A program made the position numbers and the translations under genes. The notes below the pieces were generated by a model. The model searched no databases and was not told the DNA's origin. It was given only the letters and a program-made list of their open reading frames with translations. From Myxococcota bacterium (GTDB lineage Bacteria; Myxococcota_A; SURF-8; G963663525), in the NCBI GenBank assembly GCA_963676915.2, contig CAXXVK010000067.1:64001-128000 (forward strand): DNA of 64,000 bases, given 5' to 3'. This document shows positions 48,216 to 58,636 of this stretch, one piece after another (within the stretch, counting starts at the first letter, position 1; the number at the start of each line of letters is the position of its first letter).

Positions 48216-48743
48216 TTACTCCCCTTCGAATTCCACCAGGAAACGGTAGGGGTAGCCTTTGTCTTCGAGCGTTTTTCTGCCTCCGACCTCGGGGAGATCG
48301 ATTACGAACAGCATCGCCGCGACGCTCGCTCCCATTTTTTCTACCAATCGCGCCGTGGCCAGCGTCGTGCCGCCGGTGGCCAACAGGTCATCGACGATCA
48401 GGATTTTTTCGTCGGGGAGAATGGAATCCCGGTGAATTTCCAGCGCGGCGGTGCCGTATTCGAGGGAATATTCCTCGGAAATCGTTTCCGCCGGAAGTTT
48501 TCCCGGTTTTCTGGCGATCACGAAAGGTTTTCCTGTTTCCTTTGCGAGAACCGAACCGAAAATGAACCCTCTGGATTCGATACCGAGCACACGGTCGAAG
48601 TCGAAATCCTGGGTTTTTTCAACCAAACGGCGGCAGGCTTCGGCAAAGCCTTCGGCGTCGTTCACCAAGGTGGTGATGTCGCGAAATTGGATGCCTGGTT
48701 TCGGCCAGTCGGGAATCGTGCGAATCAATGATTTCAGGTTCAT
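48216..48743 (-). CDS. apt: Adenine phosphoribosyltransferase
   Basis: PDWPKPGIQFRDIT, ESRGFIFG, RKPGKLP, YSLEYG and VDDLLATGGT. Confidence 0.97.
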   Translation of the reverse strand: MNLKSLIRTIPDWPKPGIQFRDITTLVNDAEGFAEACRRLVEKTQDFDFDRVLGIESRGFIFGSVLAKETGKPFVIARKPGKLPAETISEEYSLEYGTAALEIHRDSILPDEKILIVDDLLATGGTTLATARLVEKMGASVAAMLFVIDLPEVGGRKTLEDKGYPYRFLVEFEGE

Positions 48744-49022
48744 GATACACTCACAAGCTGTTGATAATGGGACGGAAACAAGATGTACTTGAAAAATGGA
48801 GATAACGCAAGATTGCGACATGGGAAAGAACCTACCATAGCAATCATGTAATGTTTTATTACAATGATGTGATTTTGGTGTCTATTTCGTTCAAAAAGAT
48901 GTCCCTCAATTTGCAATCGGGACGGAAAAAAACGATAATATGTCACAAGATTCAAGCGATTCCGTTTCTTGTGGCTTACGGTTGATTTTCAACGCTTCCG
49001 AGATGTCGGGGCTTCGGGGAGG

Positions 49023-50027
49023 ATGATGATCGTTTTCGCGGTGCTGGGATTCGTTGTGGCGGCGTTGTTCTCGTTTTATCTCGTGCCGGTCATGCGCCGT
49101 GCCGCGATTCGTTGGGGCGTCGTGGACAAACCGGACGGCAGGTTGAAAAACCAACAGGAACCGGTTGCTTACCTGGGCGGTGTAGCGATCTACCTTGCCT
49201 TCCTGCTGGCGATGGTCCTGGTGTATGATTTCACGCCTCATGTGGTTGGATTGCTGTTGGGCGCGACAATTATCGTCCTGATCGGCCTTGTAGATGACTT
49301 CGGCGTTCTCAAACCCTACCAGAAATTTGCCGGACAACTTCTCGCCACCGTGGCTTTGTTGAAATCCGGAATCGTGATCGAACTGGAATTCTTTCCCGTA
49401 TGGATCAATTACATGCTTTCGGCGTTTTGGCTATTGGCCACGTTGAACGCGCTGAACATTATCGACATCATGGATGGTTTAAGTAGCGGATTTACCTTTT
49501 TCGCGTTGCTTGCGTTGGCCGTGGTTGCGGTGATCGACGGGAACGAATCCATGCTGGTTCTGGCCGCGTGTCTGGCGGGAACGTTGCTTGGATTTCTTTA
49601 TTTCAACTGGCATCCCGCCAAAATTTACCTGGGCGATGCGGGAAGCATGTTTTTGGGGTTGATGCTCGGGACGCTGGCCATGGAAGGCAGTTATTCAGGG
49701 CAGGGCAACGTGCTGGGGTACATCGCGCCTATATTGATTCTGGGCGTGCCGATTTTCGACACCTCTTTCGTGATGCTGGTGCGCATTCGCAAGGGAATTT
49801 CGCCATTTCTAGGTTCGCCTGACCACTTCGCCCTTCGTTTGAAACGCATCGGCTGGAGCGTTCCGGCGATCGTCGGATTCTGTTGCTTCGTGACGTTTTT
49901 ACTAAGTGTCATGGCCATTTGGAACATGTTTCTCGCGCCGGAACAGTCTATTGTTTTTCTTTCCTGCATGTTTTTTCTCTGGCTTGGGTGTGTCGTGCTG
50001 TTCTGGCATGTCGGTAATCCGAAATGA
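49023..50027 (+). CDS. MraY/WecA/TagO-family polyprenyl-phosphate sugar-phosphate transferase
   Basis: LGGVAI, GLVDD, NALNIIDIMDGL, FNWHPAKIYLGDAGS and PIFDT...RIRKG. Confidence 0.9.
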   Translation: MMIVFAVLGFVVAALFSFYLVPVMRRAAIRWGVVDKPDGRLKNQQEPVAYLGGVAIYLAFLLAMVLVYDFTPHVVGLLLGATIIVLIGLVDDFGVLKPYQKFAGQLLATVALLKSGIVIELEFFPVWINYMLSAFWLLATLNALNIIDIMDGLSSGFTFFALLALAVVAVIDGNESMLVLAACLAGTLLGFLYFNWHPAKIYLGDAGSMFLGLMLGTLAMEGSYSGQGNVLGYIAPILILGVPIFDTSFVMLVRIRKGISPFLGSPDHFALRLKRIGWSVPAIVGFCCFVTFLLSVMAIWNMFLAPEQSIVFLSCMFFLWLGCVVLFWHVGNPK

Positions 50028-51181
50028 AAGACACCGTTGTCTACGTGATCACTCATTTGGCACGGGGTGGGGCACAACGGGTGGTGTTGACCCTGGCCGA
50101 AGCCCTCGACCGCAACCGGTTCGATGTCGTACTGATTACCGGTCCGGGGGGAGAGTGGCAGGAGCGCGCCCGGCGGATCGAAGCGTTGGAACTGATTCAG
50201 ATCCCGGAACTTGTCAGGGAAATCTCGCCGCGAAAAGACGCGATCGCATTTTGGAAATTGTTTCGTGAATTCAAACGGTTGAAAAAGAGATCTTCCGGTG
50301 GAGTTCTCGTACATACCCATGCGCCTAAACCCGGTTTGCTGGCTCGTCAGGCGGCTCGGGCGGCAGGCGTCAAGATTGTGCATACCTTGCATGGGCTGCC
50401 GTTCGATGTCTACCAGCCGCCACTCAAGCGCATGGCCTATAAGATTTTCGAACGTATCGGGTACCGATATCGCGAGCCGGTCGTGTCGGTCTGCCGAACG
50501 AATGCCGAGGTGTTGGTTGCGCGTTCATGGTCCGATCCGGCCGTGGTTCGGGTGATTTATCCCTGTACCGATGTGGATCGCTTCCAGCCGCTAAAGGGAG
50601 AGAGAAGCTACCTGACCCGGTTCGGAATCGGTGCTGAAGATCCGGTTGTAGGTATGGTGGCGTCGCTGAAACCTCCGAAAGATCCCTGGACCTTCCTGCG
50701 AGCCGCCAAAAAAGTTCACGAATCCCGGCCTGACGTGCATTTCGTATTGGCCGGAGGCGGGACGATGTTGCCGGAGTTGCAAGCCGAGGTCGAACGCTGG
50801 GGTCTGTCGTCTCACATTCATCTGCCGGGGTGGATCGCCGAGCCGGAGAGACTGATTCCCGAATTCGATCTGTTTGTATTGTCCAGTTTCAACGAAGGTC
50901 TGCCGCTGGTGTTGATCGAAGCGATGGCTTCGGGCGTCGTTGCCGTGTCCAGCAGGGTAGCCGGAGTGCCGGAATTGATCCGTGACGGAGAAACGGGATT
51001 CCTGTTTTCTCCCGGGAATCACGATGAACTGGCTGAAATCATGGAAAAAAGTCTTGAAAATCCAACGATGGGAATGACGATCATCTCCAAGGCGTTTTCG
51101 ATGTTGGAATCTTTCCGACCGGAGACGATGGTTCGCGAGCATGAAACGTTCTATAATGAATTATTTAAGAGACGGAATTGA
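50024..51181 (+). CDS. Glycosyltransferase family 4
   Basis: GGAQRVV, VHTLHG and EGLPLVLIEAMASG. Confidence 0.92.
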   Translation: MKDTVVYVITHLARGGAQRVVLTLAEALDRNRFDVVLITGPGGEWQERARRIEALELIQIPELVREISPRKDAIAFWKLFREFKRLKKRSSGGVLVHTHAPKPGLLARQAARAAGVKIVHTLHGLPFDVYQPPLKRMAYKIFERIGYRYREPVVSVCRTNAEVLVARSWSDPAVVRVIYPCTDVDRFQPLKGERSYLTRFGIGAEDPVVGMVASLKPPKDPWTFLRAAKKVHESRPDVHFVLAGGGTMLPELQAEVERWGLSSHIHLPGWIAEPERLIPEFDLFVLSSFNEGLPLVLIEAMASGVVAVSSRVAGVPELIRDGETGFLFSPGNHDELAEIMEKSLENPTMGMTIISKAFSMLESFRPETMVREHETFYNELFKRRN

Positions 51182-51196
51182 AGAACTAGAAGATCC

Positions 51197-51901
51197 ATGA
51201 TTCCGATACGAGATAACATTCCCACGCGCCGTTTTCCCTACGTCAACTATTCGTTGTTGGTCGTGAATGTCGTGGTGTTTATCTGGCAGTTGATCGTCGG
51301 GCTGGATGCGTCGATTGTCGGGTTTGGCCTGATTCCTTACAATGTTGTGGGATATTTTTCGGGGTTCGTGACCGCCGATGCGGCCTGGATACCGTTTTTC
51401 AGCGCTATGTTTTTGCATGGCGGTTTCATGCATCTGGCCTTCAATATGCTTTTCCTTCACATTTTCGGCGACAACGTGGAGGATTACTTCGGTCACGTGC
51501 TGTATATCGCTTTTTATGCGTTTTGTGGGCTTTTTGCCGCTACAGCGCATTTTGCTTTCAATTATAATTCCACGTTGCCGATGGTCGGCGCGTCCGGGGC
51601 GATTGCCGGAGTGATGGGTGCATACATGTTGTTGTATCCATCGGCTAAAGTTCGGGTGTTGCTTTGGGTGCTGTTTTTCGTAACGACCGTGGATTTGCCT
51701 GCTTTTTTATTTTTAGGGTTATGGTTTTTGATTCAGCTATATTCCGGATGGGGAGGTGGTGTCGGTGGTGGCGTGGCCTGGTGGGCGCACATCGGGGGCT
51801 TTGTCGCCGGAGTGGGCTGGGTGCTGCTTTTCCGTCGTTTCAAGCCGCCACCGCGTAAACCATTGCGAATGGCTGGATTTCGTAAAAGGGACTTTCACTG
51901 A
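51197..51901 (+). CDS. Rhomboid intramembrane serine protease
   Basis: MFLHGGFMHLAFNM, GASGAIAG and AHIGGF. Confidence 0.95.
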   Translation: MIPIRDNIPTRRFPYVNYSLLVVNVVVFIWQLIVGLDASIVGFGLIPYNVVGYFSGFVTADAAWIPFFSAMFLHGGFMHLAFNMLFLHIFGDNVEDYFGHVLYIAFYAFCGLFAATAHFAFNYNSTLPMVGASGAIAGVMGAYMLLYPSAKVRVLLWVLFFVTTVDLPAFLFLGLWFLIQLYSGWGGGVGGGVAWWAHIGGFVAGVGWVLLFRRFKPPPRKPLRMAGFRKRDFH

Positions 51902-51955
51902 CGTTCCGTTTTTATTCGAACAAGAACGGATATCGAATACTAAAGGATTCAAGGA

Positions 51956-53926
51956 ATGCCTTCGTTGACTTGGTACAAAGAGCGGTTGTCAATAATGCCG
52001 CTCGAAGAGATTCCATTCAGGATTATTCAACAAGTCCAGAATATTACGGGTCGTATTCGTCGCTGGCCCAAAGCCGAGGATCTCTCGCTGAAGTCGGTTT
52101 GCGGCGGTTCGTTGTCGGCGGTTGCCTTTCGGGAGGCAAAACGTCCGTTTCCCTGCAATTCGGATGCACCTGAAGGGTTTCAGGATCACGCTACTCTACT
52201 GGAAGATGCCGAACAACTGCTAGCCCATCGTTTCAGTTTTCACTCGTTTGTGAACGAGGATCTTGGAAAGGTGTTGAAATGGAATCGGGAATATAGCAAA
52301 GGGATCGATATCCCGTTGCGCTATGGTCCGAGTATCGATTTTCGCGACCCCGAGAAGGTCGGCGATGTGAAATATGCATGGTCGTTGGGTGGTGTAATGC
52401 GCCACCTGCCGAGATTGGCGCAGGCGTATAAAGTCACAGGGGACGAACGATATGCGCGGGAGGTAGTCGAGCAAATTACCTCATGGATCGAACAATGTCC
52501 GAACCGAATGGGAATCCAATGGGCCAGTCCGACGATTGCCGCCAAGCGTCTGATCGGTTGGGTGCTGGTGCTGGAGTGGATCAAGTTTTCTCCCGAATGC
52601 ACCGATCATTTCTTGAATCTGGTGGTTCGAAGCGTATACCAGCATCTAGAATTCGTTGTCAGCAACATGTTGAAACATGGTTCGGTCAACAACCATTTTC
52701 TTGCTGAATTAACAGGTATTTACCTGGCTGCATCCTATTGGAAAGAGATCAAAAAGGCGTCGAAGTGGAAACGGATGGCAAAAAAGATGCTGGTCGAGCA
52801 ATGCCAGCGTCAAAACGCTCCCGATGGTGTCAATTACGAACAATCTCTGAATTACCAGTACTTTGTATGGGACATGTTGTTGCTCCCGGCGCTTTGTGCC
52901 GAATCGGAAGGGCGTCCGTTTCCTGCTGTTTACTTGAAACGTTTGGAAAAAATGGCGGAATACATGGCATGGACCGCCGATTGCCATCACAATATTCCCA
53001 ACGTAGGGGATGAAGATTGTGAAATGGCCTGTTGGATCGGTGACAAAGAAGCTCCCCGACCGATTTCCTTGCTGAACACGGCAGCGCTAATTTGGGATAA
53101 ACCCGAGTACAAACATTGGGCGGGAGGAAGCCTGGACGAGAAAACATCCTGGCGACTTTCCGAAACGCTGGGACAGCGTTATCGTGACCTGGATTGCGGA
53201 GATCGTCTTCCGATTCGTTCCAATCGACTGTTTCCACAGGGTGGATACCTGGTTTTGCGCCACGGTCGATCCTCCGCCGATGAAGTAATGGTGCTGTTCG
53301 ATCATGGTCCCATGGGATATGAAAGAGCATCTGCTCATGGACACTCTGACATGCTGGCCGTTTGCTTGCACTTGGCCGGAGAGCCGTTTTTAATCGATCC
53401 GGGGACATTCAGCTACCAGGAAACGGAATGGCGTCCGTATTTTCGTTCAGCGCTTGTACACAATACGTTGACGTTCGGTGACGAAAATCACTCCAAATAC
53501 ATCAATCGTTTTATCTGGGGGCAAAAAGGGCATGCCCAGTTGGAATTCTTCCAGGATACCGGCTTGTATACGGTGGCTCGGGCGTCGACCCGGTGGTGGA
53601 CGAACGAATTTCATCAGCGGGAGTTGAAGTGGCATCCCAAGGCGGGAACGTTAACGATTTTCGATACGTGGGATTCCGAAAAAACGCCTGAGATTCACTT
53701 TACGTTGTCCCCGGATTTACGAGTGAAATTTGAGGATGGAACGTGCCATGTCGAAGGGAAACAGGCGATTTTGAGCATTGAAAATAACGAATGCGAGATG
53801 GATTTGGAACCGATGCAGGTGTCCCCTACCTGTTACCGTCTGGCCGATAGTCAAAGGCTGGTTATTCGTCCGAATAAAAACGTTCGTTCCACGTTAACCA
53901 CGTTGAAATGGGAGTTTTCCGAGTGA
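51956..53926 (+). CDS. Heparinase II/III family protein
   Basis: GDVKYAW, NNHFLAE, DGVNYEQS..Y, HGHSDML, DPGTFSY, FRSALVHNT and HQR. Confidence 0.88.
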   Translation: MPSLTWYKERLSIMPLEEIPFRIIQQVQNITGRIRRWPKAEDLSLKSVCGGSLSAVAFREAKRPFPCNSDAPEGFQDHATLLEDAEQLLAHRFSFHSFVNEDLGKVLKWNREYSKGIDIPLRYGPSIDFRDPEKVGDVKYAWSLGGVMRHLPRLAQAYKVTGDERYAREVVEQITSWIEQCPNRMGIQWASPTIAAKRLIGWVLVLEWIKFSPECTDHFLNLVVRSVYQHLEFVVSNMLKHGSVNNHFLAELTGIYLAASYWKEIKKASKWKRMAKKMLVEQCQRQNAPDGVNYEQSLNYQYFVWDMLLLPALCAESEGRPFPAVYLKRLEKMAEYMAWTADCHHNIPNVGDEDCEMACWIGDKEAPRPISLLNTAALIWDKPEYKHWAGGSLDEKTSWRLSETLGQRYRDLDCGDRLPIRSNRLFPQGGYLVLRHGRSSADEVMVLFDHGPMGYERASAHGHSDMLAVCLHLAGEPFLIDPGTFSYQETEWRPYFRSALVHNTLTFGDENHSKYINRFIWGQKGHAQLEFFQDTGLYTVARASTRWWTNEFHQRELKWHPKAGTLTIFDTWDSEKTPEIHFTLSPDLRVKFEDGTCHVEGKQAILSIENNECEMDLEPMQVSPTCYRLADSQRLVIRPNKNVRSTLTTLKWEFSE

Positions 53927-53974
53927 AATTGGCGATATATACCATTTCGCTATCATGTATCGAAAACATCTCAC

Positions 53975-54046
53975 GTAGGTCGGGTGATTTTCACCCGACA
54001 ATTTTCGAAAAAGACACTTTGTGTCGGGTGAAATCACCCGACCTGC
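53975..54046. repeat. Inverted doublet of GTAG-type REP palindromes (REPIN-like)
   Basis: GTAGGTCGGGTGA-tt-TTCACCCGACA at 53975-54000. Inverted copy (GCAGGTCGGGTGATTTCACCCGACA on the minus strand) at 54022-54046. Lies between convergent genes. Confidence 0.8.
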
Positions 54047-54062
54047 CGCTACTGACAGACCG

Positions 54063-55322
54063 CTAGCTTAGGTTATTCCGTTTCCAGGCGTTCAGTCGTT
54101 TTACAAACGCTTTGTATGCTTCACGTTTGAAGTCCACGATTCCATCGAGAAGCGCTTCCGGCTCCATCCATTGGAGAGACGAGAACTCGTCCGAAGTGGC
54201 ACTGGAGAGGTCCGGGCCGTGTCCTTCACGGTATCGAACCACGAAAACCTCCTGCTCTTGTCCCGCCCAGTGTTGGGCAATAGGCTGATGGCGTAGCCAG
54301 TCCGGGAAACGGTACGAAAAGCCTTCGAAATGAGCCAGAATTTCCACCTCCGCACAACCGGTTTCCTCTTCGAATTCTCTCAACGCGGCGGCTTGAGCAT
54401 TTTCTCCCTCATCGATGCCGCCCTGGGGAAGTTGCCACGCTCCGGGCAGTCCCTTGCGCTCCCCGGCCAGCACCCGACCTTGGTTGTCGAGGGCGGCTAT
54501 AGCCACGTTGCGTCGCAGAGGACGTTCGAGCGGTTCGGTGATTCGGGCGTACAGTTCGGGGCGACGGTCGAAAAACAGGTGGTTGGTTCCAGCCACACGC
54601 TTTTCTCTGGCGCGTTGGATGTCGCATTCAGCCACAAGCAAGGCTTCGTCGTTTTCTCCGGCTTCCTGCAGCACCTCGCCGTTCGGGGAGATGATCCTAC
54701 TCCTACCGATAAAGCGAAAATCGTGATGAGCATGTATTTCCCTTCCGATACGGTTGGCCGTGACGGTATACACACCGTTTTCCAAAGCACGGGTGACCAT
54801 CGCTTCAGGGGCATGGGGCAGAACGAGATTGGACGGATGGGCCAGAATGTCGGCACCCTGTAATCCCAGGCAGCGGGCAGCTTCGGGGAAACGCCAGTCG
54901 AAACAGATCATCAGGCCGACGTTGAACCCGCCGCAATCCACTACGGGCCACGGTTCGGTTCCGCAGTCGAAAACCTGCTTTTCCGTGCCGAAAACGTGAA
55001 TTTTGCGATAAACCGTGCTTTGTCCTTGCGGACCTGCAAGCACAGCGCTGTTATAAATTCTGTCGCCATCCGATTCGGCGAATCCGGCAACGATCCAGCT
55101 ATCGTGACGCTTGGCCAGATCAAGGAACGTTCCAACGGTCGGACCATCCGCAGGCTCGGCCAATTGCGAGAGTTCCGTACGGTTCTCGAAGGCGTATCCT
55201 GTCGTACAAAGTTCAGGAAACACTACGAGATCGCAGGAATCGGGCATCAGAGAGGCGATGCGCTCAAGATTCCGGGGGACATCCCCGAAGACAGGTTGAA
55301 ACTGAACGGCAGCAACGCGCAT
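54063..55322 (-). CDS. Nitrilase/carbon-nitrogen hydrolase fused to an RppH-like Nudix hydrolase
   Basis: FPEL, YRKIH and ICFDWRFPE (E-K-C triad), ending DRRPELY. Then RRNV, WQLPQGGIDEGENAQAAALREFEEETG (Nudix box), GQEQ and IVDFKREAY. Confidence 0.88.
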   Translation of the reverse strand: MRVAAVQFQPVFGDVPRNLERIASLMPDSCDLVVFPELCTTGYAFENRTELSQLAEPADGPTVGTFLDLAKRHDSWIVAGFAESDGDRIYNSAVLAGPQGQSTVYRKIHVFGTEKQVFDCGTEPWPVVDCGGFNVGLMICFDWRFPEAARCLGLQGADILAHPSNLVLPHAPEAMVTRALENGVYTVTANRIGREIHAHHDFRFIGRSRIISPNGEVLQEAGENDEALLVAECDIQRAREKRVAGTNHLFFDRRPELYARITEPLERPLRRNVAIAALDNQGRVLAGERKGLPGAWQLPQGGIDEGENAQAAALREFEEETGCAEVEILAHFEGFSYRFPDWLRHQPIAQHWAGQEQEVFVVRYREGHGPDLSSATSDEFSSLQWMEPEALLDGIVDFKREAYKAFVKRLNAWKRNNLS

Positions 55323-55427
55323 AGCTTATCCTGTTTTGTGAAATTCAGGCACAAATACGCATAGTTCCTCCTGTTTCTCATTGCTTAAAGCAGGAAAACG
55401 GAGAAATTATGCGGAAAGCTTGGAGTC

Positions 55428-58400
55428 TCAATAGATCTCGTCGGAGTCGAATTTCTTCTTCGCTTTCGCCTTTTTCGCTTTTTCTTTGGCTCGTTTGTAG
55501 AACTTGTGGTTTCCGGCCAACTGGAACATCTGAGCGGCGTTGGAAAAGTCCTCGATGAAGTAATACACCAACCCGGCCCGTTCGAAATCCTCGGCAGCCT
55601 TGTATTGCTCGATGGCGGCGCTCATGTTGTTCATTTCGAAGTAATATTGACCCAGAATACGAGCAGCGATAACTTCGTCTCCCATCGCCTCGGCTACGCG
55701 GGCCATACCGATTCGGTTGTCGATACGACGGTGCATAGCCAACGCCTGATCGAACTGCCGGTTGGCCATGTAGATTTCGGCAGCAAGATTGATACATTCT
55801 TCGCTTTCATCGGACATTTCGAATGCCTGGATGGCGTTGAGGTAATCCTTGCCACGGAAGAACGATTCCATTGCTTCTTTCCAGCGGGCGTGCTTGGCGT
55901 GATCGTGCCCCATCAGGATGTTGAAATCGTTGATGTATCCGGACTGGAAAAGGATCTGCGCTGCTTCGACGTAATGCCGTCCCTGAGTCAATTCCCAGGC
56001 GTGTTCGAGCGGATTGAGCAGGCGTTTGGCATACTTGTTGATGTACAGAAAACCGAAAATTCCGATCAATACGAACAAAAACGGAACAGCGATGTAGGCC
56101 TGATTGAACTGGTAGACTTCGAGGAAATCCAAATCTACTTCAGCCTGTGTTTCATACATTGTGTGCTCGTACACGTTATACATGTAGAGTGTCGGTTTGA
56201 GAGTTACAATCCCGTTGGCGCGGTCACGAACTTTCTTCGTGGTAATGATGAAAATGCTGTCGGCAAGTGCTGCCCGAGCCAGGTTCTCGAATTCCTTTTC
56301 CACGAAGGTATCTTGGCTTAAAATAGCTTTTTCCAATTCAGAGCGTGAAATGGGGATTTCGATGATTTCATAGCGACTGGACAGGGCTTGGGAAATCTCC
56401 GTGACGATTCGCTCGGGATCACGTTCCAGATAGGCGAACAGTTTGGAAAGCCATTGTTGCGATGTCGAAAAATACTGGTAGTCGCCGCCAATGACCATGG
56501 CTTTTTGCAGAGGAAGGATCTGATCGGATCCTTTACGACCGATAACCGGCATCGGCATAATAAGATTCTTGTAAACCTCTTCCAAAAGATGGCCTTCCGA
56601 AAGTTCGGGTTCTTTTACATCGCCCTTAATGAGCATCAGCTTGGCTTGACCGTCCCTTTCCAAAGAGGTATCACGCATGGCGCGACCTAGGAGTACGGAT
56701 TCCTCCAGAATACGAATGTCGGCCGGATAGTCTTTGGAGGCTTTTTGCAAGGAAGCTTTGGCTTTTTTATACTTTTTATCTTTTCGATACCATTGAGCCC
56801 GCAGAAGGTTGAATTCCAGATCCAGACCGGGTTGACGCTTCATTCGCTTGATCAGCCGGTGGGCCTGGTTGTAATTTCCCAGATTTGCATTCAACTCTGC
56901 CTCAATCCATTCTTTGTTGCAGCAATTGGGAATTTTTTTCACCCAACTCTGGGCGGCGGCAAGGTTTTTGTTTTGATTGAGGAAAAACCAAGAAACCATC
57001 ATGGGCCAGCTTTTGGTGTGTTTAGGATTATCTAGCGTGGCCTTGGCGACTTTGGCGAATTCGTCCCAGTTTTCCAGATGGAAATAGATTCGCCCGACTT
57101 TTTCCATAATGGTGAAAAGCTTTTCCTTGTAAGTGATCGTCGCGCTCGAAAGGATTTCTTTGAGTTTGTCGGTTTCCTCTAGGGAAAGCAGAGAAATCGG
57201 AACCAAGCGAATCAAGTCGATGTCGAACCAAGTCGCCAGTAGGGGTAATAGAGTTTGTTTCAGGCGAACGAAATGACCGGCTTCAGCCAATGCAACCGCA
57301 TGTTTTTTCGCGGCTTTCAGAGTGTCGATCTGGGCTTTTTCCAGTGGTGAAAGTTTCGGTTTTCGACGCTTCTTCTTTTTGTTTTTCTTCTTTTGGTTCA
57401 AGTCGTCCACGGTTGGATTGGCCAGTCGTTCTTTGATTTCATCTTCGATTTTCTGGTTGACGAACCAGAGTTGACGGGTGCCTTCGATTTCCCACCCGGT
57501 TTTTTTCGAAAGCTGCGTGGCGAGTTTTTGAGCCGTTGTCCAATGTTCTTGCTTGATCTGCAGTTTGAGCATTCCTGAGATACCCCAGGCAGAATGCAGG
57601 GCTTTGTTGAAGTGTTTTTCAGCCTCCATCGTTCGGTTCAGCTTCAATTTTACTTCCCCGAGCAAGGCTTCCCTACGTGCGTATTCGTATTTCTGCGCTT
57701 TGAATTTTCCTTTCATTTCAAGAAAACGCAGAGCTTCACTGTAATTGGCGGTGATGAAATGAATTCTGGCCGTGTCGAAATGGTTTCCCGACTCTTTTTT
57801 CAGCAGTCGAGCGATGGATGGCATTGTTTGGATGTCTTTATAGAATTCTATGTTGTTGTGCCAAATCCATTCCAATTCGTCGATGGCATTGCCATACTTT
57901 TTCTTTTTGATATTCGAGATAAGAAGATCAAATCGTCTAAGTGATTCCGGCAAAAGACTTTTTGAGGGAGGACCATCCATCCATTCGGTTTTCTTGTATT
58001 GATTGAAGGCGGAGAGACCTTTGTGGATGATGGCTTCAAGGCGGTTTCGAATGCCTTGTAAGTCTTTCTCTTTGTATGGAACTTCCCCGTGAAGAACCGC
58101 AACTCCTGTAGCTCCGCTATAAACTCGAACGGTCCAGGTCCAGCCCAGGTAGTGAGCATTGGCCTGAATGAAGATCATAAAATCGCAGTCGATTTTGGTT
58201 TTGATGTCGAAGATTTCAAGCGGAGTGATCGGTTTCTTTTTGATGTCTTTCAGTTTTTCGGAGATTTCTCTGCTGTCTACAAATTCGTATTGATCCGCCA
58301 GACCTTTGCGGTGTTCCATATCCTGGCTTAAAAGGGTTTGCCATGCCTCAATTTCATCTTGATTCAGATGTGGGGCATAAAAGCCTACAATTGCCAGTTT

Positions 58401-58550
58401 CAGCTTTCCTTTGCCATCCGGTAGGGCTTTGATCACGCCTTGCGGTGGAATGTACGACGGACGGTCGGTACTTGCATGAGCGAAGGAAACCGTTCCGAAA
58501 ACGAAAATCCAAGCCACCAGATAAAAATAGCCGAATTGTTTGACTAGCAT
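55428..58550 (-). CDS. Large TPR/alpha-solenoid membrane protein
   Basis: Signal peptide, helical TPR-like repeats and a single TM helix (IAVPFLFVLIGIFGFLYI). C-terminal AAEIY/AARIL/AAQMF repeats. Confidence 0.7.
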   Translation of the reverse strand: MLVKQFGYFYLVAWIFVFGTVSFAHASTDRPSYIPPQGVIKALPDGKGKLKLAIVGFYAPHLNQDEIEAWQTLLSQDMEHRKGLADQYEFVDSREISEKLKDIKKKPITPLEIFDIKTKIDCDFMIFIQANAHYLGWTWTVRVYSGATGVAVLHGEVPYKEKDLQGIRNRLEAIIHKGLSAFNQYKKTEWMDGPPSKSLLPESLRRFDLLISNIKKKKYGNAIDELEWIWHNNIEFYKDIQTMPSIARLLKKESGNHFDTARIHFITANYSEALRFLEMKGKFKAQKYEYARREALLGEVKLKLNRTMEAEKHFNKALHSAWGISGMLKLQIKQEHWTTAQKLATQLSKKTGWEIEGTRQLWFVNQKIEDEIKERLANPTVDDLNQKKKNKKKKRRKPKLSPLEKAQIDTLKAAKKHAVALAEAGHFVRLKQTLLPLLATWFDIDLIRLVPISLLSLEETDKLKEILSSATITYKEKLFTIMEKVGRIYFHLENWDEFAKVAKATLDNPKHTKSWPMMVSWFFLNQNKNLAAAQSWVKKIPNCCNKEWIEAELNANLGNYNQAHRLIKRMKRQPGLDLEFNLLRAQWYRKDKKYKKAKASLQKASKDYPADIRILEESVLLGRAMRDTSLERDGQAKLMLIKGDVKEPELSEGHLLEEVYKNLIMPMPVIGRKGSDQILPLQKAMVIGGDYQYFSTSQQWLSKLFAYLERDPERIVTEISQALSSRYEIIEIPISRSELEKAILSQDTFVEKEFENLARAALADSIFIITTKKVRDRANGIVTLKPTLYMYNVYEHTMYETQAEVDLDFLEVYQFNQAYIAVPFLFVLIGIFGFLYINKYAKRLLNPLEHAWELTQGRHYVEAAQILFQSGYINDFNILMGHDHAKHARWKEAMESFFRGKDYLNAIQAFEMSDESEECINLAAEIYMANRQFDQALAMHRRIDNRIGMARVAEAMGDEVIAARILGQYYFEMNNMSAAIEQYKAAEDFERAGLVYYFIEDFSNAAQMFQLAGNHKFYKRAKEKAKKAKAKKKFDSDEIY

Positions 58551-58636
58551 CACCCTTCCCGTCTTCCTGCTAGGTCAAGAACCGCAATGCTCCGAATATA
58601 CAGCAGCTTTTCGTCACGTTTCTACGGTTAGCCGCA

